From: Archangium sp.
Lineage (GTDB): Bacteria; Myxococcota; Myxococcia; Myxococcales; Myxococcaceae
Direction: 5' to 3'
Length of the DNA: 21,860 nucleotides
Assembly (NCBI GenBank): GCA_031367385.1
Contig: JANLPS010000067.1
Location: 1-21,860, forward strand
The notes below the pieces were generated by a model. It was not told the DNA's origin. It did no database searches and saw only the letters and a list, made by a program, of their open reading frames with translations. Shown here piece after piece: positions 7,944-14,634 of this stretch. How positions within the stretch are numbered: position 1 is the stretch's first letter; each line of letters begins with the position of its first letter. The position numbers and the translations under genes are program-made.

Positions 7944-8431
7944 TGTCCGGCAAACACAAGATGCGCAAGTTCTCGGTGGCGCCCGCGAGCATCCCGAACT
8001 CCGAAATCAACATCACGCCGTTGGTCGACGTGGTGCTCGTGCTGCTGATCATCTTCATGGTGGTCACCCCGCTTCTCGAGAAAGACATCGAGGTCAAGGT
8101 ACCGACCCCCGATGACATCATCGAGCAGCAAGAGGTGCCTCCTGACCAGCTGGTCGTCTCGGTCGACGCGGCCGGAGCCTTCAGCATCAACTCCGAGAAG
8201 ATCGCCGACGCCGACTACGTCGAGCGGCTCAAGCGCAACATCGCCGCCAAAGAAAAGGGCGACCGGTTGGTCTTCTTCATGGCTGAAGATTCAACCAACT
8301 ACGCCCGCCTGGTGACCGCGCTCGACGGTGCGCGCCTGGCTGGTGCAGAGACCCTCGGCATGATGACCGAGAAGATCGAAGGCTCGGCGATACCCACCGC
8401 GCCCACGCCACCCGCGCCTCCGACGCCGTAA
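7943..8431 (+). CDS. exbD: Biopolymer transport protein ExbD/TolR (copy 2)
   Basis: Same 'EINITPLVDVVLVLLIIFMV' motif; TGATG stop/start overlap with copy 1; Pro-rich C-terminal tail. Confidence 0.93.
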   Translation: MSGKHKMRKFSVAPASIPNSEINITPLVDVVLVLLIIFMVVTPLLEKDIEVKVPTPDDIIEQQEVPPDQLVVSVDAAGAFSINSEKIADADYVERLKRNIAAKEKGDRLVFFMAEDSTNYARLVTALDGARLAGAETLGMMTEKIEGSAIPTAPTPPAPPTP

Positions 8432-8440
8432 AATCGAGAA

Positions 8441-8479
8441 GTCACCGACGCGAGCGCTTGCTAGGGTTCGCGTCGTGAC
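8441..8479 (+). promoter_or_regulatory. Inverted repeat between exbD2 and the DUF2378 gene, enclosing a TG-n-TAGGGT extended -10-like element
   Basis: GTCA(C)CGACGCGA … TCGCGTCG-TGAC stem overlapping the GTG start at 8475; TAGGGT at 8462-8467. Confidence 0.4.
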
Positions 8480-9020
8480 CGAACAGCAGGTGGTCTTCGA
8501 ACAAGCAATTGACGGCCTGTTCAACCGCGCCCTCGGCCCCCGCCTGACGCCGCCCATTCGCGCGCGGCTCAAAGGGGCCGGCCTCGACCTCGAAAAGAAG
8601 CTGTTGCCCGCCTACGCCTTCGACGTGTGGATGGGCGCGCTCAAAGTCGTCGCCGAAGACCTGTTTCCCGAGCTGACCGTCGAGGAGGCGATGTTTCGGA
8701 TCGGCGAGCACACGATCTCCGGGTATCAGGAGACCTTCATGGGCCGGGCGGTGCTCGGCATGATTCGGGTCATCGGGCCCAAGCGCACCCTGATGCGCGC
8801 TACCCACAACTTTCGCAGCGCCAACAACTACACCGTCAGCCGCATCATCGAGGTCAGCCCCACCTGCTTCGAGGTGTGGATGAACGAGGTCGGCCCCTAC
8901 CCCACCTTCACCGCCGGCATCTTTCACGCCGCGATGGAGGCCGCCGGGGCCTCGCTGCCCAAGGTCGAGTTCACTGGGCACGACGGCCACGCCTGCTCGT
9001 ACCGCATCAGCTGGGCTTGA
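8475..9020 (+). CDS. DUF2378 / TIGR02265-like Myxococcales protein
   Basis: About 181 aa with 'VVFEQAIDGLF.RAL….RARLKGAGLDL.KKLLPAY', 'GY.ETFMGRA……IGPKRTL.R…NFRSANNY' and a terminal 'YRISW', the pattern of this myxobacterial paralogous family. Confidence 0.82.
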   Translation: MTEQQVVFEQAIDGLFNRALGPRLTPPIRARLKGAGLDLEKKLLPAYAFDVWMGALKVVAEDLFPELTVEEAMFRIGEHTISGYQETFMGRAVLGMIRVIGPKRTLMRATHNFRSANNYTVSRIIEVSPTCFEVWMNEVGPYPTFTAGIFHAAMEAAGASLPKVEFTGHDGHACSYRISWA

Positions 9021-9627
9021 ACTGCGGCGCCGGTGAAACGGTCTCAATCGCGTTGACGAGCTCCGGGTCCATCAGCTGGCGGTAGAGGTACTCGACGAAG
9101 AGCCCGGTCACCACCCACACCGGCAAAATCAACAGCGAGGTCATCTCGAAGAGCGCGCCCGGGTCTGCGTAGAACCAGATTCTGTAGCCAGTGAGCCAGA
9201 GCAGCAGCCACCCACTGACGCACTCCCAACTCAAAATCAGGGCGCCGTAGGCCAGCGCGCGCACCGCGACGTGCAGCCCGAACATGCGCCGGTAGAGCGT
9301 CTCGATGCCGAACGAGGCCACCGCGTAGACCATGAACATCCACAGCGAGCACTGGCCGAAGAGCGAGATCAGCGGCGCGGCCCACACCGCTCCGAGGTTG
9401 AGCCGCTCATCGACCCGCCAGTCGAAGCCGAAGAGCCACTGCACCACCGGCACTCCGCGGCCCGCCTTGACGAGCGTGTAGAAGAAAACTTCGAGCGCGG
9501 TGCCGAAGAACCCGTACATCGCGAACCGAAACAGCCCGTAGCCGAGCTTTCGCAGGCCCGTGCGCGGGTGCTTGTGCCGCACCGTCACATGCATGGGTGG
9601 CTTCTTCCACGGGTTCACGCTGGTCAT
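9007..9627 (-). CDS. Integral membrane protein, CmpB/TMEM229 (putative ABC-transporter type IV, PF06541)-like
   Basis: About 4 hydrophobic segments; 'RFAMYGFFGTALEVFF', 'GQCSLWMFMVYA', 'RALAYGALILSWECVSGWLL', 'IWFY', 'LILPVW' follow the TMEM229/CmpB pattern. Alternative start ATG 9594. Confidence 0.68.
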   Translation of the reverse strand: MTSVNPWKKPPMHVTVRHKHPRTGLRKLGYGLFRFAMYGFFGTALEVFFYTLVKAGRGVPVVQWLFGFDWRVDERLNLGAVWAAPLISLFGQCSLWMFMVYAVASFGIETLYRRMFGLHVAVRALAYGALILSWECVSGWLLLWLTGYRIWFYADPGALFEMTSLLILPVWVVTGLFVEYLYRQLMDPELVNAIETVSPAPQFKPS

Positions 9628-9757
9628 TGGGCGCCATCATCGCCCGGCCGCGAACGAAGCCAAATCTCCCGCCGCGGACGGGTGTCGATGCACCACTTTC
9701 GTCGCGAGACGTAAGAGCCCCCAGTGAGAACCCGGTTCTCGAGCCGCGAGAGCGCGG

Positions 9758-9773
9758 TGGCGCGGCGGTTGCT
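9758..9773 (+). promoter_or_regulatory. Putative sigma54 promoter of comM
   Basis: TGGCGCGGCGGTTGCT matches TGGCRCG-N4-TTGCW; predicted +1 near 9784, just upstream of the GGAGG SD at 9799-9803. Confidence 0.7.
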
Positions 9774-9811
9774 CAATGCTCGCCTCTTTCAAAGACACGG
9801 AGGTCTTCAAA

Positions 9812-11404
9812 GTGCTGGCACGGGTGAGGTCGGGAGCGTTGATGGGCGTCGACGCGGTGGTGGTGACGGTCGAGGTCGACATGTCGTTGGGCATGCCGTT
9901 CTTCAACGTGGTGGGGTTGCCCGAAGGCGCGGTGAAAGAAAGCAAAGTGCGGGTCATCTCCGCGCTCAAGAACTGCGACTACGAGCTGCCGCAGAAGCGC
10001 ATCACGGTGAACCTGGCCCCGGCCGACTTGAAGAAAGAGGGCGCCACCTTCGAGCTGCCGATTGCCCTCGGCGTGCTCGCAGCGGCCGGGTTTTTGGGCC
10101 ACGACCTGCTGAGCCCCTTTCTCTTCGGCGGAGAGCTCTCGCTCGATGGCGCGGTGAAGCCGATTCGCGGGGTGCTGCCCTTGGCGCTCGCCGCCCGCGA
10201 CGGAGGTTTTCGCGGCGTGATGGTGCCCGCCGCCAACGCGAGCGAGGCCTCGCTGGTCGACCGCATCGAGGTCATCGCGGTCAATTCGGTGCAGCAGGCG
10301 GTGATGCACCTGACCGGCGAGCTGCCCATCGCGCCGTACCACCGCACCGAAGGGCCCGAGTGCGCCGTCGGCGGCAACGGCGTGCCCGACATGAGTGAGG
10401 TGCGCGGTCAGAACGACGTGAAAGATGCCTTTGAGCTCGCCGCCGCGGGGGGCCACAACCTCATGCTGTGTGGGCCACCCGGCTCGGGCAAGACGATGCT
10501 CGCCAGGCGCTTGCCGACGATTCTGCCCTCGATGTCATTCGAAGAGGCGCTCGAGGTGACCAAGATGGCCTCGGTGCTCGGCCTGCTGAGCGAGGGGCAG
10601 TCGCTGGTGCAGCAGCGGCCCTTTCGCGCACCCCACCACACCATCTCAGACGCAGGCCTGGTCGGCGGAGGCCCGTCGGCGCGGCCCGGCGAGCTCTCGA
10701 TGGCCCACCACGGAGTGCTCTTTCTCGACGAGCTGCCAGAGTTTCGGCGCAACGTGCTCGAGGTGCTGCGCCAGCCGCTCGAAGAGGGCGTGGTGCGCAT
10801 CGCCCGCGCGACGCAGCACGTGACCTACCCCTGCCGGGTGATGCTGGTCGCGGCGATGAACCCCTGCCCCTGCGGCTACTTCAACGTGCCGGCGCACCGC
10901 TGCAGCTGCCTGCCGACCCGAGTGCTCGAGTACCACGCGAGAATTTCGGGCCCGCTGCTCGACCGCATCGACATCTCGCTCGAGACCCGGCCGGTCGACG
11001 TGCTGGCGCTGACCCAGCTGTCGCACGAAGAGAAACCGTCGGCGTATTACCGGGCCCGGGTCGAAGCCGCGCGGGCCATTCAGACCGCGCGCTTTCGCAA
11101 CGACGCCGGCATCTTCTGCAACGCCCAGATGGGGCCGCGGCTGCTGCGGAGGGTGTGCGTGCTCGGCGCCAGTGCCCAGCGGCAGCTCCACATGGCGGTC
11201 AACCGCTTCGGGCTCTCGGCGCGCGCGCACGACCGCATCATCAAGATGGCGCGAACCCGGGCCGACCTCGAGCACCACGAGCGCATCGAAGATCAAGACC
11301 TGGCCTTCGCGATCAGCTGCCGCAACCTCGACCGGCGCGACTGGCTTGCCGCGGCGAGGCCCGACCGCAGCTTCGCCGCCGGCGCCGCCAAAGCGAAGCG
11401 CTAG
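9812..11404 (+). CDS. comM: YifB/ComM family Mg-chelatase-like AAA+ ATPase (DNA branch-migration helicase)
   Basis: 'VGLPEGAVKESKVRV', 'RITVNLAPADLKKEG', Walker A GPPGSGKT, 'RPFRAPHHT', Walker B LFLDELPEF, Zn motif 'NPCPCGY…C.C', 'SGPLLDRID', 'LSARAHDRIIKMARTRADL'. Start set at GTG 9812, 8 nt after GGAGG (about 530 aa). Confidence 0.93.
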   Translation: MLARVRSGALMGVDAVVVTVEVDMSLGMPFFNVVGLPEGAVKESKVRVISALKNCDYELPQKRITVNLAPADLKKEGATFELPIALGVLAAAGFLGHDLLSPFLFGGELSLDGAVKPIRGVLPLALAARDGGFRGVMVPAANASEASLVDRIEVIAVNSVQQAVMHLTGELPIAPYHRTEGPECAVGGNGVPDMSEVRGQNDVKDAFELAAAGGHNLMLCGPPGSGKTMLARRLPTILPSMSFEEALEVTKMASVLGLLSEGQSLVQQRPFRAPHHTISDAGLVGGGPSARPGELSMAHHGVLFLDELPEFRRNVLEVLRQPLEEGVVRIARATQHVTYPCRVMLVAAMNPCPCGYFNVPAHRCSCLPTRVLEYHARISGPLLDRIDISLETRPVDVLALTQLSHEEKPSAYYRARVEAARAIQTARFRNDAGIFCNAQMGPRLLRRVCVLGASAQRQLHMAVNRFGLSARAHDRIIKMARTRADLEHHERIEDQDLAFAISCRNLDRRDWLAAARPDRSFAAGAAKAKR

Positions 11405-11520
11405 ACCTCGAGTGGTTCTCAAGGTGGCCAATGTTGGAGCCCGCGCGGTCGCTCGAGACCTGGCCGCTTGCGAGCGTGCGCCAGATGAGACAACCGAGCG
11501 ACGAACGGAGACTCTCGCCC

Positions 11521-11724
11521 ATGCGTCTTTCTCTTGGCGCAGTTCTGATCTGCGCCGCCTGCCATGGGCCGGCATTCACGCCCCCCGACGGTGGTGTTTC
11601 GAGCGCAGCTTTCTTCCTGGGGGAAGAGAGGACCTCGGCCGACGGGGGCACGTGTGCAGTCAACGACGCCGTGAGGGCGTACGTCATCAGGCGCCATCGT
11701 GAGCTCCCGATTTTAGACCGCTGA
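11521..11724 (+). CDS. Possible small (67 aa) lipoprotein or truncated remnant, not listed separately in the ORF track
   Basis: GGAG 10 nt before ATG 11521. MRLSLGAVLICAACHGPAFTPPDGG… has a basic residue, hydrophobic core and CAAC lipobox-like end. It fills the gap between comM and the M16 gene. Confidence 0.4.
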   Translation: MRLSLGAVLICAACHGPAFTPPDGGVSSAAFFLGEERTSADGGTCAVNDAVRAYVIRRHRELPILDR

Positions 11725-11752
11725 TGACCGAACCGAGCTCACGGCACCCGGG

Positions 11753-14461
11753 CTAGTTGGGGGTCGACACGGTCTTGAACGCGCCCGCCTTGATGACGGT
11801 GAGCTTCTTCGGGTCGACCGAGCGCTTGATCGCCGCGTTGAGTTGCTCGACCGTCACCGCTTTGATCTTCTCGTCGAGCTGCTGCTCCCAGGCGAAGGTG
11901 CGGCCGTACTGCTCGTTGCGGCTGAGCATGGTCGCGAGGCTGCGGTCTGAGGCGCGCCTTTGCTGACGCTGATCGAGCAACGCCTTGCGCTGCTGCTCGA
12001 GCTCAGCGGCCTTGACGCCGGTGGTGGTGAGCAGCTCGTATTCTTTCTTGAACGCGCTCTCGACCTTGCTCATGTTCTGCGGCGCGTAGATCGCGAAGCC
12101 GGCAAACACGGCGCGGTCACCCACTGGCGGCTCGGGCAGCTCCAACATCGAGTATGCACCGTATGAAAGCCCCTGCTTTTCGCGGAGCTCGGCGAACAAT
12201 CGGGCCGCGGGAGAACCGCCGAAGACCATGTCGGCGACCATCATCGCCGCCGCGTCGGGCCCCTCTTTGTTGCCCTTGAACGCGACGCCGAAGCCCATCC
12301 ACGCTTGGGCTTTGTCTGGAGTGGGGATGACGAGCTCACCCGCCTTCGACTCGGCGAACGCGTCGGGCGCGAGCACGTACTTCTCTTTGGCCGACCACTT
12401 GCCGAAGCGGGCCTCGAGCTTGGCCTTCACCTCGGCCGGGTCGAAGTCGCCGACCAGGGCCATTTCGGCGTTCTGAGCCCCCACGAAGCGGGCGGCGAAG
12501 GCGCGGGTCTGCTCGAGCGTCGCGGCGTTCACCGCGGCGGCCGCTTCGGCCAGCGTCTCGACGTAGCGCGGGTCGTCTTTGCCTCGTGGAGCGACCGCCC
12601 GGCGAAGCTCGATGTCGCCCAGCGCCTCAGGCTCATTCTTGGCCTGCTCGATGTCGGCGAGCTGTGACTTCTTGAGCACGTCGAACTCGGCCGCGTCGAA
12701 CGCCGGGTCGGTCAGCGCGTCGGCGAGCACGTCGAGCAGCTCGCTGAGCTCGGGGCGCTTCACCTCGATGTTGACGACCAGCGCTTGGGGCGCCGTCTGG
12801 TTCTGCACCTGGGCCTTGAGCGACTCGAGCTTGTTGCGAAACTCTTTGTAGGGCAGCTTTTTGCTGCCGCGAAAGAGCATCTCCATCGCCAGATCTGCGA
12901 CGTCTTGCTGACCCTTGAGGGTCTCGGCGGTGCCGTAGTGAAAGGTCATCGAGCCGTTGATGGTCGAGGCCCGGGTCTTCTTGGCCAAGAGCGAGACCTT
13001 GGCCCCGTTGCCCAAGGTGAACCTGGTGGTGCGCGCGTCGATGTTCGCCGGGCTGGTGTCGAACACTTCTCCCTGCGCGACCGCCGCACCCTCTTTGAGC
13101 GCGTTGACCAGCGGCGCCAGGTCGGGCGCGAGCGGTATCTCGGCGCGGTCGGGCTTCTCGGTGGGGGTATACACGCCCACGGTGCGGTTCTGTGGCTTGA
13201 AGTACTTGTTGGCCACCGCGAGCACATCGGCCGGCGTCACCGCTTTGAGCCGGTCGCGCTGCACGAAGAGCATGCGCCAATCGCCGATCGACGCCCAGTT
13301 CGAGAGGCTGATGCCGACGCTGGTAGCCGAGTTGAGCGAATTTTCCATCTGAGACAACCAGCCGGTGCGGGCGCGATCGACCTCGGCGGCCGTCGGAGGC
13401 TTCTTGGCGAACTGCTCGACCACCGAGAGCAAGGTCGCTTTGACCTTCTCAACGTCATCGGTGGCTCGCAGCTTGGCGGTGCAGCCGAACAGGCCGGGCT
13501 CTCGCAGGCTGTCGAGATCGCACGACGCGCTGGCGGCCAACTTGCCGTCGACCAGCGCCTGGTGCTGACGGCCCTGCGGCACGTCACCCAGCAGGCCCTG
13601 CAACACCATCAGCGCAGGGAAATCGGGGTCTGACGCAGCAGCGACCCGCCAGACCGCGTCGACCACCGCAGACCCGCCCACCCGCCTCACCACCACCGAG
13701 CGCTCGCCGTCTTGCACCGGCTCCTCGGTGAAGGTGGTCGGCAGCTTGCGCTTGGGAGCGGGGATCTTGCCGAAGCTGCTGGCGATGACCGAGAAGGCCT
13801 TGGCCTGGTCAAACTTGCCCGAGATGATCAGCACCGCGTTGTCGGGTTGGTAGAACTGCCGGTAAAACGCCTGCAAATTCTCGACGGGCACCCGCTCGAT
13901 GTCGGCACGGGTGCCGATGATCGCGCGGCCATAGTTGTGCCAGGGCAGCGCGGCGGCGCGCACCCTGGCGCTCAGCACGTATTCACCATCGTTCTCGCTG
14001 CCTTCGAACTCGTTGCGCACCACGGTCATCTCGGTGTCGAGGTCTTTGCGCGAGACGTACGAGTTGACCATGCGGTCGGCCTCGAACCGAATCGCCCACT
14101 CGAGGTTCAGGTCGCTGGCATTCATGATCTCGAAGTAGTTGGTGCGGTCTTCGCTGGTGCTGCCGTTGAAGTTGGCCCCGTGCTGGTTCATCAGCGACTT
14201 CGGGTCTTTGTTGGTCGGCGTACCCTTGAACAGCATGTGCTCGAGCAGATGCGCCATGCCCTTCTCGCCGTAACCCTCGTTGCGGCTGCCCACCAACACC
14301 GTCAGGTTGACCGCCACCTTCGGCGTCGAGGGGTCGGGCACCATCACCACCTTGAGGCCGTTGGGCAGGCGGTACTCCGAGATACCCTCGACCGTGGCCT
14401 TCGCGACGAACGGCTTGGGCGGTGCCTGGTCGACCAGCATCAGCAGCATCAGAGTCAGCAT
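11753..14461 (-). CDS. M16 family (pitrilysin/insulinase, PqqL-like) zinc peptidase, two-lobed, probably exported
   Basis: Inverted zinc motif HxxEH in 'GMAHLLEHMLFKGT', 'NGSTSEDRTNY', 'EMTVVRNE'; the C-terminal half has 'RLFAELREKQGLSY'. GGAG SD 9 nt before ATG 14461 (about 902 aa); short hydrophobic N-terminus. Confidence 0.93.
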   Translation of the reverse strand: MLTLMLLMLVDQAPPKPFVAKATVEGISEYRLPNGLKVVMVPDPSTPKVAVNLTVLVGSRNEGYGEKGMAHLLEHMLFKGTPTNKDPKSLMNQHGANFNGSTSEDRTNYFEIMNASDLNLEWAIRFEADRMVNSYVSRKDLDTEMTVVRNEFEGSENDGEYVLSARVRAAALPWHNYGRAIIGTRADIERVPVENLQAFYRQFYQPDNAVLIISGKFDQAKAFSVIASSFGKIPAPKRKLPTTFTEEPVQDGERSVVVRRVGGSAVVDAVWRVAAASDPDFPALMVLQGLLGDVPQGRQHQALVDGKLAASASCDLDSLREPGLFGCTAKLRATDDVEKVKATLLSVVEQFAKKPPTAAEVDRARTGWLSQMENSLNSATSVGISLSNWASIGDWRMLFVQRDRLKAVTPADVLAVANKYFKPQNRTVGVYTPTEKPDRAEIPLAPDLAPLVNALKEGAAVAQGEVFDTSPANIDARTTRFTLGNGAKVSLLAKKTRASTINGSMTFHYGTAETLKGQQDVADLAMEMLFRGSKKLPYKEFRNKLESLKAQVQNQTAPQALVVNIEVKRPELSELLDVLADALTDPAFDAAEFDVLKKSQLADIEQAKNEPEALGDIELRRAVAPRGKDDPRYVETLAEAAAAVNAATLEQTRAFAARFVGAQNAEMALVGDFDPAEVKAKLEARFGKWSAKEKYVLAPDAFAESKAGELVIPTPDKAQAWMGFGVAFKGNKEGPDAAAMMVADMVFGGSPAARLFAELREKQGLSYGAYSMLELPEPPVGDRAVFAGFAIYAPQNMSKVESAFKKEYELLTTTGVKAAELEQQRKALLDQRQQRRASDRSLATMLSRNEQYGRTFAWEQQLDEKIKAVTVEQLNAAIKRSVDPKKLTVIKAGAFKTVSTPN

Positions 14462-14634
14462 GGTTTCAGTCTCCAAAAGGGGGCGATGCGGCGGTCAGTG
14501 ACAACCCCGGGCCTTCTTAGTTCTAAAAAAAGGCGGCGGGGGGCCCCTCACGAAACGGGCGCGGGTCGATTGCCAGCGATCACGCGCAAAAGCGGCGAAG
14601 TGTCGGTCAGCTGTGCTTTAAGTGCGGGCTGCTC

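Noticed and set aside
9726..9740. GAAC-N3-GTTC as a LexA/SOS box upstream of comM
   Set aside because: Spacing does not fit the GAAC-N4-GTTC box and it does not match the Myxococcus LexA motif as I recall it; kept only as an unassigned palindrome.
9812..11404. Mobile element inserted in comM, or magnesium chelatase function
   Set aside because: The reading frame is continuous with no integrase or att-like duplication. The Lon-like N-terminus and Zn motif indicate YifB/ComM, not ChlI/BchI.
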